From an uncultured Actinomycetes bacterium (GTDB lineage: Bacteria; Actinomycetota; Actinomycetes; S36-B12; CAIYMF01): a stretch of DNA of 32,000 nt. The stretch is from positions 480,001 to 512,000 of the forward strand of contig CAWJMG010000003.1 in NCBI GenBank assembly GCA_963843975.1, in the 5' to 3' direction. Within the stretch, counting starts at the first letter, position 1. Each line of letters opens with the position of its first letter. A program made the position numbers and the translations under genes. A model generated the notes under the pieces. The model worked only from the letters and a program-made list of their open reading frames with translations, had not been told where the DNA came from and made no database searches. Below, in pieces: positions 18,021 through 26,225 of this stretch.

Positions 18021-19750
18021 GCGGCCTCCTCCACGAGCTCCTGCGACGCCACGATCTCGGCGTATGTCGGACAGGTCTCGAGGAGGTCCTCGTGCTTCCC
18101 GACGCCGACGAGCATGCCGTCGTCGAGCACGACGATCTGGTCGGCGTCCATGACGCTCGAGACGCGCTGCGCCACGACGATGACTGTCGACTCGCGGGTC
18201 ACGGGCCGCAGCGCGGCGCGCAGCCGTGCGTCGGTCGCCATGTCGAGCGCGGAGAACGAGTCGTCGAAGAGGTAGATCTCGGGCCGGCGGATGATCGCGC
18301 GCGCCATCGCGAGGCGCTGGCGCTGGCCGCCGGAGAAGTTGGTGCCGCCCTGGGCGACCGCGGTGTCGAGCCCGTCGGGCAGGGCGCGGACGAAGTCGTC
18401 GGCCTGCGCGATCCGCAGGGCGTCCCACATCTCGTCCTCGGTGGCGTCGACCTTGCCGTACTCGAGGTTGCTGCGCACCGTGCCGGTGAAGAGGTACGCC
18501 TTCTGCGGCACGAGGCCGATGCGCGCATGCAGGGCGGCAGGGTCGAGCTCGCGCACGTCGACGCCGTCGACGAGCACCTGGCCCTCGGTCGCGTCGAAGA
18601 GCCGGGGGATCAGGCTGACGAGCGTGGTCTTGCCCGAGCCGGTGCCGCCGAGGACGGCAGTGACCATGCCGGGGCCGCAGGTGATGGAGATGTCGCAGAG
18701 GACGGGCTCGTCCGCGCCGGGGTACGAGAACGTGGCACCGCGCAGCTCGACCGTCGCATGCGAGGTGGTCTGGGTGACCGGGCCGACGGGCGGGGTGACC
18801 GACGGCTCCGTGTCGAGCACCTCGACGATGCGCTCTGCACTGACCGCCGCGCGGGGCACCATCACGAGCATGAAGGTGGCCATCATGATCGAGAAGAGGA
18901 TCTGCATCAGGTAGCTGAGGAACGCCGTCAGCGAGCCGATCTGCATCGCGCCCGAGTCGACGCGGATCGCGCCGAACCACATGACGCCGACGCTCGACAC
19001 GTTGAGGACGAGCATGACGGTCGGGAACATCAGCGCCATGAGCCGGCCGACGCTGGTGGCGGTGGCGGTGAGCTCGTCGTTGGCGACGCCGAACCGCGCA
19101 CGCTCGACCGGCTCGCGGACGAACGCCCGCACCACGCGGATGCCCGTGATCTGCTCGCGCAGCACGCGGTTCACGTTGTCGAGGCGCTTCTGCATGCGCC
19201 GGAACTGGGGGATCATCCGCGACACGATCATCGCGATCGCACCCACGAGGACGACGACGCTCACGACGATGATCCACGCGAGGCCGACGTCCTGCTGGAG
19301 CGCCATGATGACGCCGCCGACGCCCATGATCGGCGCGCTCACCATCATCGTGCAGGTGAGGAGCACGAGCATCTGGACCTGCTGCACGTCGTTCGTGGTG
19401 CGGGTGATCAGCGTCGGCGCACCGAACGTGCCCATCTCACGGGCGGAGAAGCGCCCCACCCGGCGGAAGATCGAGGCGCGCACGTCGCGGCCGAAGCCCA
19501 TCGCGCTGCGCGCCCCGAACCACACGGCGCCGATCGAGCAGACCACCTGCACGAACGAGACGCCGAGCATCACGGCGCCGATCTTCAGGATGTACTCGGT
19601 GTCGCCGCGGGCCACGCCCTGGTCGATGATGTCGGCGTTCAGCGTCGGCAGGTAGAGCGAGGCGATGGTGCCGACGAGCTGCAGGAGCACGACTGCGACG
19701 AGGAATGCCGTGTAGGGCTTCAGGTGGTCCTTCAGCAGCCGAACGAGCAC
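18017..19750 (-). CDS. ABC exporter, fused permease/ATPase subunit (degenerate Walker B)
   Basis: GTG 19750 lies just after GGAGGG (short spacer, so the start is uncertain by a few codons). Motifs are Walker [10 protein letters not shown] and signature FSGGQRQ. Walker B reads [12 protein letters not shown], with Asp replacing the catalytic Glu, as in heterodimeric exporters with one degenerate site. Confidence 0.9.
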   Translation of the reverse strand: MLVRLLKDHLKPYTAFLVAVVLLQLVGTIASLYLPTLNADIIDQGVARGDTEYILKIGAVMLGVSFVQVVCSIGAVWFGARSAMGFGRDVRASIFRRVGRFSAREMGTFGAPTLITRTTNDVQQVQMLVLLTCTMMVSAPIMGVGGVIMALQQDVGLAWIIVVSVVVLVGAIAMIVSRMIPQFRRMQKRLDNVNRVLREQITGIRVVRAFVREPVERARFGVANDELTATATSVGRLMALMFPTVMLVLNVSSVGVMWFGAIRVDSGAMQIGSLTAFLSYLMQILFSIMMATFMLVMVPRAAVSAERIVEVLDTEPSVTPPVGPVTQTTSHATVELRGATFSYPGADEPVLCDISITCGPGMVTAVLGGTGSGKTTLVSLIPRLFDATEGQVLVDGVDVRELDPAALHARIGLVPQKAYLFTGTVRSNLEYGKVDATEDEMWDALRIAQADDFVRALPDGLDTAVAQGGTNFSGGQRQRLAMARAIIRRPEIYLFDDSFSALDMATDARLRAALRPVTRESTVIVVAQRVSSVMDADQIVVLDDGMLVGVGKHEDLLETCPTYAEIVASQELVEEAA

Positions 19751-19856
19751 GAGCCCTCCGCGATGTCGAGCGCCGCCGGTCGACGCCGGCCTCGGGCGGC
19801 CGCCGTCCCGTACGGACGACCCATCCTCGCACCGGTCCCGCAGGTGCACCGCTGGG

Positions 19857-19873
19857 TATCGCTGAGAGCGATA
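19857..19873. promoter_or_regulatory. inverted repeat TATCGCT-GAG-AGCGATA between alkD-like gene and ABC exporter operon
   Basis: The repeat has perfect 7-bp arms and is locally AT-rich. It lies 12 nt after the alkD-like stop and about 110 nt upstream of the exporter start. It could be a small terminator or an operator. Confidence 0.35.
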
Positions 19874-19884
19874 TGGGCAGCCGT

Positions 19885-20571
19885 TCAGAGGTTCTTGAGG
19901 GCCTCGCGCCTCGACAGGGGCGAGAGCTCCGCCTCGTGCTCCGCGACGAACGCGCGCACCCAGGTGGGATCCCGGTGCGCGAGGTCCCGCAGTGCCCAGC
20001 CGATCGCCTTGCGCAGGAAGAACTCGGCCGAGGGCGACGCCGCGAGGCACATGTCGGCGAGGAGCTCGCGGTCGACGTCGCCGCGCGCGTTCAGCTGGCT
20101 CAGCACCGACGTGCGGCGCAGCCACAGGTCGTCGGACGCCGACCACGCGCGCACGACCGGGTCCATCTCGGCCGGGAACGCTCGCCGCAGCGGCGACACG
20201 GTGCGGCCCGCGACCTCGTCGACCAGGTCCCACCAGGCGCCCTCGACGACGAGGTGCTCGATCAGCGGGACGAGCTCCGGATCGCGCCAGCGTCTGCCTA
20301 CGTCGAGGAGCGCGAGGGCGGCGTACCGCTCCTCGCGGAACCCGGCGCCGTCGTACAGCTCCCGCACGGTCGCCTCCCACACGGCACGGTCCGCGAGCGG
20401 GTGGGCCGCCCAGACCGGGCGCAGGGCGGCGACCCGGGCGGGCTTGGCCACGCCGAGGAACGGCAGGTCCGACTTCATGTAGACCTGCATGGCCGGGGCG
20501 CGCTCGGGGTCGGCCGACGCGCCGAGCGCCGAGCGCACGTCGGCGATGAGGCCTCGGTCCGGTGCGGTCAC
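19885..20571 (-). CDS. DNA alkylation repair protein (AlkD-like HEAT-repeat DNA glycosylase family)
   Basis: It has the family-typical blocks AMQVYMKSDLPFLGV, REERYAALALL, GAWWDLVDE, DLWLRRTSVLSQL and FFLRKAIGWALRDLAHRDP..LSPLSRREALKNL. GTG 20571 gives 228 aa. The upstream ORF-track extension is Pro/Arg/Ser junk. Confidence 0.88.
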   Translation of the reverse strand: MTAPDRGLIADVRSALGASADPERAPAMQVYMKSDLPFLGVAKPARVAALRPVWAAHPLADRAVWEATVRELYDGAGFREERYAALALLDVGRRWRDPELVPLIEHLVVEGAWWDLVDEVAGRTVSPLRRAFPAEMDPVVRAWSASDDLWLRRTSVLSQLNARGDVDRELLADMCLAASPSAEFFLRKAIGWALRDLAHRDPTWVRAFVAEHEAELSPLSRREALKNL

Positions 20572-20577
20572 GCCCCC

Positions 20578-20583
20578 AGTCTG
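20578..20583 (-). promoter_or_regulatory. possible -10 box (CAGACT-N6-GTG) for alkD-like gene
   Basis: The A2 and T6 positions are conserved and the first position is C. The geometry matches the other leaderless candidates. Confidence 0.25.
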
Positions 20584-20614
20584 GCCGACCGGGGCCGCCG
20601 TGGCCCGGGCGCGC

Positions 20615-20647
20615 GACGGCCCCCGACCACGCGGGTCGGGGGCCGTC
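20615..20647 (-). terminator. perfect 14-bp hairpin terminating the efeU-cup operon
   Basis: GACGGCCCCCGACC pairs with GGTCGGGGGCCGTC around loop ACGCG, 16 nt downstream of the cup stop on the minus strand. Confidence 0.65.
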
Positions 20648-20662
20648 GGACGTGGGTGCTGG

Positions 20663-21028
20663 TCAGCCCGTGACGGTGAGCTGGACGCGCTTCTCCTGGC
20701 CGCCGCCCTCGCACTTGACCTCGTACGTGCCGGGGGCGACGTCGGCGGTGAAGGTCTTGGTGGCGGTGGTGAGGTCCTCGACCTCGCCGAGGATCTTGGT
20801 GAAGGCCCCGTTCTCCTCGCCGTAGAGGTAGACCTCGCCGGTGCCGTCACCGGTGTAGGTGGCGCTCACCGTGATCTGGCCCTTGGGGACGCTCGTCGGC
20901 GCGACGTCGCAGGTGCCGACGCCGGCCTTCACGGTGACGGTGGCGACCGAGGCCGCGCTGTTGGAGCAGGCGGCCAGCGCCGGGACCAGCAGGAGGGCGG
21001 CGGCAGCAGACAGGGCGGTGCGCTTCAC
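20663..21028 (-). CDS. cupredoxin-like (EfeO N-terminal Cup domain type) lipoprotein
   Basis: There is a signal peptide with lipobox LAAC. A single roughly 95-aa beta-rich domain ends in PGTYEVKCEGGG, resembling the Cup domain of EfeO. It sits directly downstream of the FTR1 permease. Confidence 0.7.
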   Translation of the reverse strand: MKRTALSAAAALLLVPALAACSNSAASVATVTVKAGVGTCDVAPTSVPKGQITVSATYTGDGTGEVYLYGEENGAFTKILGEVEDLTTATKTFTADVAPGTYEVKCEGGGQEKRVQLTVTG

Positions 21029-21093
21029 AGGAGGAGCCTTCCGGGAGTTCGGCAGTCAGCGCGCCCCGTGCGCGCGACCGGGAGTGCGATCGA

Positions 21094-22026
21094 TCAGGCG
21101 GTGGCGTCGGGTGCGCGCTCGGCCAGGGCCGGCTCGACCTCGACATGGTCGCCGGCCGCTGCTGCTGCGACGGTGGCTGCGGCTGTGGCGCGCTCGGCCT
21201 CGGTGGCCGGGACGACGACGGGCTTGGCGGCCCGGAAGTACAGGAACATCACCGGCACGAGGTAGGCGAACCACGCCACGGTCTCGAGCACGGTCATCGA
21301 CGGCGAGATGTTGAAGATGCCCTTGAGCAGCGTCGCGACGATCGAGCCGGGGACGATCACGGAGGTGACGTCGAAGGCGATGTTGTCGAGGCCGGGCAGG
21401 ATGCCGGCCTCCTGCAGGTCGTGGATGCCGTAGGCGAGGACGCCGGCCGCGACCACGATGAGCGCCGCGCCGGTCCACGTGAAGAACACGGCGAGGTTGA
21501 GGCGCAGGGCGCCGCGGTAGATGAGCCAGCCGAGCACGACGGCGGTGGCGAGGCCGAGGACCGCGCCGAGCACGGCGCTCCACGCGCCTCCCTCGGACGA
21601 GGTCGAGTTGATCGCCGACCACAGGAACAGCGCGGTCTCGAGGCCCTCGCGGGCCACGGCGATGAAGGCCACGACGGCGAGCGCGCCGCCGCCGACGGCG
21701 AGGGCGTCCTCGACGCGGCCGTGCAGCTCGCCGCGGAGGTTGCGCGAGGCGCGCTTCATCCAGAAGACCATCCACGTCACGAACCCGACGGCGATGAGCG
21801 ACATGAAGCCGCCGAACGCCTCCTGGGCCGTGAAGCTCATGCGCTGGCTGGTGAAGGTGAGGAGGGCGCCGAAGGCGAGCGAGACGCCGATGGCGATCCC
21901 GACGCCGAGCCACACGGAACGGACGCGGCCGTTGTTGCCGGTGCGGACGAGGTAGGCCACCAGGATTCCGACGACCAGCGAGGCCTCGAGCCCCTCGCGC
22001 AGTCCGATCAGGTAGTTGGCGAACAT
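21094..22026 (-). CDS. efeU: FTR1/EfeU-family high-affinity iron permease
   Basis: Two REGLE motifs are present (GLREGLEASL and VAREGLETALF) in a multi-pass membrane protein. ATG 22026 follows GGAGAGG. Confidence 0.93.
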   Translation of the reverse strand: MFANYLIGLREGLEASLVVGILVAYLVRTGNNGRVRSVWLGVGIAIGVSLAFGALLTFTSQRMSFTAQEAFGGFMSLIAVGFVTWMVFWMKRASRNLRGELHGRVEDALAVGGGALAVVAFIAVAREGLETALFLWSAINSTSSEGGAWSAVLGAVLGLATAVVLGWLIYRGALRLNLAVFFTWTGAALIVVAAGVLAYGIHDLQEAGILPGLDNIAFDVTSVIVPGSIVATLLKGIFNISPSMTVLETVAWFAYLVPVMFLYFRAAKPVVVPATEAERATAAATVAAAAAGDHVEVEPALAERAPDATA

Positions 22027-22053
22027 GACCTCTCCGATTCCCCGATGGGCGAC

Positions 22054-22069
22054 TTAGGGTTACCTAACC
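22054..22069 (-). promoter_or_regulatory. IdeR/DtxR-like iron box upstream of efeU
   Basis: TTAGGGTTACCTAACC(ACA) matches 13 of 19 positions of the remembered consensus TTAGGTTAGSCTAACCTAA. It lies 28-43 nt upstream of the efeU ATG and is the only AT-rich patch in that intergenic region. Confidence 0.45.
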
Positions 22070-23457
22070 ACACCGTCGTCGAGGGTCTCAACTCCGGCTG
22101 ATGTGCCCTCCGCCACGCCGGACGCCACGGGGTTGCCGTCGGCGTCGAGGCCGCTGGCCTCCTGCTCGGCCGCTTCCGCACGCGCCGCCTCGTCGTCGGC
22201 GGTCCAGACGAGGGCGTCGAGGAGCACGGGCAGCACCTGCTCGACCTGCCAGGACCGGGCACCACCCGTGCGCAGCGCCGCCGTCACGCTCTCGGCGTCC
22301 ACCTGCGCGGGCGGAGTCCAGAGGATGCGGCGGGCGAGGTCGGGCGAGACGAGGTTCTCCACCGGCATGCCGAGCCGCTCGGCGACGGCCGTGAGGCCGC
22401 GGCGCGACGCGGCGAGGCGGGCGGCGGCGTCGGGGTCGCGGTCGGCCCAGGCACGCGGGGGCGGCGGACCGTCGGACGGCACGGACTGGGCGGGGAGGTC
22501 GGAGTCGGGGAGCGCGAGGGCGGCGACCACCGCGCCCTGCCACTCGCTCATGTGGCGGCGGGCCCCCCGCCCGGTGAACGCAGGCACGGCCTCGAGCGTC
22601 GTGAAGCCGGCGCTGGTCGCGGCCGTCGCGGCGGCCACGATCGAGGAGTCGGGCAGGATCCGGCCCGGCGAGATGTCGCGTCGGCGGGCGACGGCGTCGC
22701 GCGCCTCCCAGAGGGCACGGACGACGCCGAGCTGGCGCGGACGACGCAGCTTGTGCACGCCCGACGTACGCCGCCACGGGTCGACGCGCGGCGCGGCAGG
22801 CGGGGCGTCACGGGCGGCGTCGAACTCCTCGAGGGCCCACGCGAGCTTGCCCTGGTCGACCAGCTCCTGCTCGAGGGCGTCGCGCAGCTCGACGAGCAGC
22901 TCGACGTCCAGTGCCGCGTAGCGCAGCCACGGCTCGGGCAGGGGGCGCGTCGACCAGTCGGCAGCCGAGTGCTCCTTGGCGAGGGAGTAGCCGAGCACCT
23001 CCTCGAGCAGGGCGGCGAGGCCGACCCGCGGGAATCCAAGCAGGCGGCCGGCGAGCTCGGTGTCGAACAGGCGCGCGGGTGCGAGGCCGATCTCGCGCAG
23101 GCACGGGAGGTCCTGGGACGCCGCGTGCAGGATCCACTCCGTGCCCTCGAGCGCTGCGGCGAGCGGCGCGAGGTCGGGCACCTCGATGGGGTCGACGAGG
23201 TGGGTGCCGCTTCCGGCGCGACGAAGCTGGACCAGGTAGGCGCGCTGGCCGTAGCGGTAGCCGCTGGCGCGCTCGGCGTCGATGGCGACCGGGCCGGAGC
23301 CGCCCGCGATCGCGTCGGCGGTGGCCTGCAGGGCCGCGGCGCTCATGACCACGGGCGGGACGCCGTCGCGCGGCGCGACGAGCGCCACGACCTCGCGGTC
23401 GGGGCCGCCTTCGGCATCGCCGGGGACCGTCGTCACGGGTGCCACGGCGTCGCTCAC
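22060..23457 (-). CDS. rnd: ribonuclease D (DEDD 3'-5' exonuclease with HRDC domain)
   Basis: Exonuclease motifs are VAIDAERASGYRY, ILHAASQDL and YAALDVELL. An HRDC-like region follows. GTG 23457 has TATCCT 7 nt upstream. Confidence 0.9.
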   Translation of the reverse strand: MSDAVAPVTTVPGDAEGGPDREVVALVAPRDGVPPVVMSAAALQATADAIAGGSGPVAIDAERASGYRYGQRAYLVQLRRAGSGTHLVDPIEVPDLAPLAAALEGTEWILHAASQDLPCLREIGLAPARLFDTELAGRLLGFPRVGLAALLEEVLGYSLAKEHSAADWSTRPLPEPWLRYAALDVELLVELRDALEQELVDQGKLAWALEEFDAARDAPPAAPRVDPWRRTSGVHKLRRPRQLGVVRALWEARDAVARRRDISPGRILPDSSIVAAATAATSAGFTTLEAVPAFTGRGARRHMSEWQGAVVAALALPDSDLPAQSVPSDGPPPPRAWADRDPDAAARLAASRRGLTAVAERLGMPVENLVSPDLARRILWTPPAQVDAESVTAALRTGGARSWQVEQVLPVLLDALVWTADDEAARAEAAEQEASGLDADGNPVASGVAEGTSAGVETLDDGVVR

Positions 23458-23464
23458 GCTCTGA

Positions 23465-23470
23465 AGGATA
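23465..23470 (-). promoter_or_regulatory. -10 box of putative leaderless promoter (TATCCT-N7-GTG) for rnd
   Basis: On the minus strand a TANNNT hexamer lies 7 nt upstream of GTG 23457. Confidence 0.45.
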
Positions 23471-23535
23471 GGGATGAACGGTGCAGGTCAGGGCCGCGGC
23501 GTGCCCGAGAGACCGCACGAGTGGGGCTGGAACGC

Positions 23536-23565
23536 CACGAAGCCGCCCCGAAGGGCGGCTTCGTG
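23536..23565 (-). terminator. perfect 13-bp hairpin after the LuxR regulator gene
   Basis: CACGAAGCCGCCC pairs with GGGCGGCTTCGTG around loop CGAA, 15 nt downstream of the stop on the minus strand. Confidence 0.65.
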
Positions 23566-23579
23566 CAAGGCAGGAAGGG

Positions 23580-24227
23580 TCAGCGCACCAGGCCGGAGCG
23601 CATCGCGTGGGCGACCATCTCGGCGCGGTCGCCGGTGCCGACCTTGCGGGCGATACGGGCGAGGTGGCTCTTGACGGTGAGCGCCGACAGGCCGAGCGCG
23701 TCGCCGATCTCCTTGTTGGAGCGGCCCTCGGACACGAGCTGGAGCACCTCGACCTCGCGGGCGGAGAGCTCGTCCGGCGCGCCGCCGCGCGGGCGGATCC
23801 GGGCGACGGGCATCGCGGGGACGCCCTCGGGCTCGTCGGGGGTCACGATGTAGCAGCGGACGCCGGCGGTGATCGCGGCGCGGACGGCGTACGGGTCGTC
23901 CCGCACGGTCAGCAGCACGACGCGGCGCCATCCGGCGGCGCGCAGGTCGGCGAGCAGGGGGAGCGCGGGACCGTCCGGCAGGGCGCCGTCGATCACGACG
24001 AGGTCGCGCGGGCCGTCGTACGCCGCGCGGACACGGGCCTCGGTGCCGCTCGCGGCCTCGACGACCTCACGAGCACCGAGCATGCGCAGACGACCGCACA
24101 GACCCTGACGACGCGACGCGGACTCCGCGACCACAAGAGCGGAAAAGCGAGCCCTGGGCAGCGGTACGACCGCCGACGGGCGCTCGACAAGTGCGACCAC
24201 GGCCAGCCCCTTCACCTCGTGCCGCAC
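23580..24227 (-). CDS. LuxR/NarL-type response regulator with atypical (pseudo-)receiver domain
   Basis: The C-terminal LuxR HTH reads LSAREVEVLQLVSEGRSNKEIGDALGLSALTVKSHLARI. The receiver-like N-terminus keeps a candidate Asp (LVVIDGALPDG) and Thr (VLLTV). It has AES in place of the acidic DD pair and IVTPD in place of the conserved Lys. The start is uncertain: GTG 24227, or GTG near 24200 after GAAGGGG. Confidence 0.85.
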   Translation of the reverse strand: MRHEVKGLAVVALVERPSAVVPLPRARFSALVVAESASRRQGLCGRLRMLGAREVVEAASGTEARVRAAYDGPRDLVVIDGALPDGPALPLLADLRAAGWRRVVLLTVRDDPYAVRAAITAGVRCYIVTPDEPEGVPAMPVARIRPRGGAPDELSAREVEVLQLVSEGRSNKEIGDALGLSALTVKSHLARIARKVGTGDRAEMVAHAMRSGLVR

Positions 24228-24438
24228 ACTCTCCGTGCGGCTTCAGAAGGGGTATCGGCCCGTAGTCGAGGGGTCTTGACCTGCGGGGACGCCCCAACCC
24301 ATCACCCGATGGGGTGGTTGCGGTGGCCCGCCGCGGTCACACTGCGTCACGCGCGTGCTCAGGAGGAGGCAGTCGGGTGGCATCGGGACGTTCGGGAGGA
24401 ACCGGACACAGGGCGGGGCCCAGCAGCGGGAGGCGCGA

Positions 24439-25035
24439 TCAGGAGCGACGGGCGAGCGGGAGGCTCGCGACGCCCGCCGGCAACGGCTGGAGGCCGGCCA
24501 CCTGGGCGAGGACGTCGGCCCAGGCGAGCAGGTGCGGCCCGACGTCGGGAGTCTCGGGGGTCCAGGACGCGCGGATCTCGACGTCGCCGCTCGGCGGGCG
24601 GTCCTCGATGGCCCCGAACGACTGCGACGCCGTGCGCGTGACGGTGCCGGACTCGGCGCGGCTGAGGGCGCCGCGCTCGTCGAGGGCCTCGGTGAGCCAG
24701 GACCAGGCGACCTCGGTGAGCATCGGGTCCTGGGCGATGTCGAGCTCGACGGTGCCCTTGCTGAAGCTGACGACGCGGAACTCGCCGTCCCAGGGCTCCT
24801 GGCCCTCGGGGTCGTGCAGGAGCACGAAACGGCCGCTCGCGACCTCCTCGTCGCCCACGACGACCTCGGCCTGCAGGGCCACGGCGTACGGCGACAGGCG
24901 CTGAGGGGCGGGCGTCTCCTCGACCGTGATCTCGCTGCGGAGGACGACGCTGCGGATGCTCTCGAGCGCAGCGGTGAACGACGGCGGCACCGGTGATCCG
25001 GTGCCGTCACCCGTGTCGCGGCGACGAGCGCTCAT
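24439..25035 (-). CDS. DUF3000 domain-containing protein
   Basis: ATG 25035 gives 198 aa. The blocks ETPAPQRLSPYAVAL, GRFVLLHDPEGQEPWDGEFRVV and ASWTP fit my memory of the actinobacterial DUF3000 family found beside hemE and rnd. The upstream ORF-track extension is junk. Confidence 0.75.
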   Translation of the reverse strand: MSARRRDTGDGTGSPVPPSFTAALESIRSVVLRSEITVEETPAPQRLSPYAVALQAEVVVGDEEVASGRFVLLHDPEGQEPWDGEFRVVSFSKGTVELDIAQDPMLTEVAWSWLTEALDERGALSRAESGTVTRTASQSFGAIEDRPPSGDVEIRASWTPETPDVGPHLLAWADVLAQVAGLQPLPAGVASLPLARRS

Positions 25036-25042
25036 GTCGCCG

Positions 25043-25048
25043 AGAGTA
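25043..25048 (-). promoter_or_regulatory. -10 box of putative leaderless promoter (TACTCT-N7-ATG) for DUF3000 gene
   Basis: On the minus strand a TANNNT hexamer lies 7 nt upstream of ATG 25035. Confidence 0.45.
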
Positions 25049-25085
25049 GGTCGCGGGAGGCCCCCGCCGCCGGAGGTCGCGGTCG

Positions 25086-26225
25086 GTGCGGCGCGTCGTG
25101 CGCCGATTCGACCGTGCCGCGGCCCGGTGCGACGATCGGGAGGTGACCGACCTCGGAACCTCCGTACTCCCCAGCACGCACCCGCTCGTCGACGGGCGGA
25201 CGGCATCCGCGCCGCTGGTCCTCGCCGCGCGGCGCCAGCCGGTGCCGCACACCCCCGTGTGGTTCATGCGTCAGGCAGGGCGGTCGCTGCCGGAGTACCG
25301 CGCCCTTCGGGCGGGCATCCCCATGCTCGAGTCGTGCTTCACGACCGACCTGGTCACGGAGATCACGCTCCAGCCGGTGCGACGCCACGGCGTCGACGCG
25401 GCCATCTTCTTCAGCGACATCGTGGTGCCCCTCAAGGCGATCGGTGTCGACCTCGACATCGTCCCGGGCGTCGGCCCGGTCGTGGCCGAGCCGTTCCGCA
25501 CCGAGACCGACGTCGAGCGACTGCGGGACCTCACGCCGGACGACGTCGTGCCGGTGCTCGCCGCCGTGTCGGCGCTTGCAGCCGAGCTCGGGTCGACGCC
25601 GCTGATCGGCTTCGCCGGTGCGCCGTTCACGCTGGCGTCGTACCTCGTCGAGGGCGGGCCGAGCCGCGACCACGCGCGCACCAAGGCCCTCATGTACAGC
25701 CGCCCGGACGTCTGGCACGCGCTGCTCGGGCGCCTCGCCGAGATCGCGGGAACGTTCCTGCGCCAGCAGGTGCTCGCGGGCGCGAGCGCGATCCAGCTCT
25801 TCGACTCGTGGGTCGGGGCGCTGCCGGCGCGGGACTACCGCGAGTACGTCCAGCCCCACTCTCGGACGGCGCTGTCGTACGTCGCCGACCTCGGCGTGCC
25901 GAGGATCCACTTCGGCGTCGGCACGGGCGAGCTGCTCGCCGACATGCGCGACGCCGGAGCCGACGTCGTCGGCGTCGACTTCCGCGTGCCGTTGTCGGAG
26001 GCGGCGCTCCGGGTCGGCCCCGACCATGCGCTGCAGGGCAACCTCGACCCCGGCGTGCTCTTCGCGGACTGGCCGGCCGTGGAGGCGCGCACGCGTCAGG
26101 TGATCGCCGACGCCGAGGGGCTGCCCGGCCACATCTTCAACCTCGGCCACGGCGTGCTGCCGGACACCGACCCCGACGTCCTGACCCGCGTCGTCGCCCT
26201 CGCCCACGAGGCGACGGCACTCTGA
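25086..26225 (+). CDS. hemE: uroporphyrinogen decarboxylase
   Basis: It has [23 protein letters not shown] and the C-terminal [19 protein letters not shown] 25086 has GGAGG about 9 nt upstream. GTG 25143 is an alternative start. Confidence 0.93.
   Translation: MRRVVRRFDRAAARCDDREVTDLGTSVLPSTHPLVDGRTASAPLVLAARRQPVPHTPVWFMRQAGRSLPEYRALRAGIPMLESCFTTDLVTEITLQPVRRHGVDAAIFFSDIVVPLKAIGVDLDIVPGVGPVVAEPFRTETDVERLRDLTPDDVVPVLAAVSALAAELGSTPLIGFAGAPFTLASYLVEGGPSRDHARTKALMYSRPDVWHALLGRLAEIAGTFLRQQVLAGASAIQLFDSWVGALPARDYREYVQPHSRTALSYVADLGVPRIHFGVGTGELLADMRDAGADVVGVDFRVPLSEAALRVGPDHALQGNLDPGVLFADWPAVEARTRQVIADAEGLPGHIFNLGHGVLPDTDPDVLTRVVALAHEATAL

Noticed and set aside
18021-19277. Upstream extension of the distal ABC exporter ORF (16044-19277, 1077 aa)
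   Set aside because: It overlaps the proximal exporter gene out of frame with an Arg/His/Pro-rich translation. The real start is ATG 18020, coupled by ATGA to the upstream stop.
16707-20482. 522-aa and 796-aa plus-strand ORFs opposite the ABC exporter genes
   Set aside because: They are antisense to genes with clear Walker and signature motifs. The translations are dominated by His/Asp/Arg/Glu/Gly runs.
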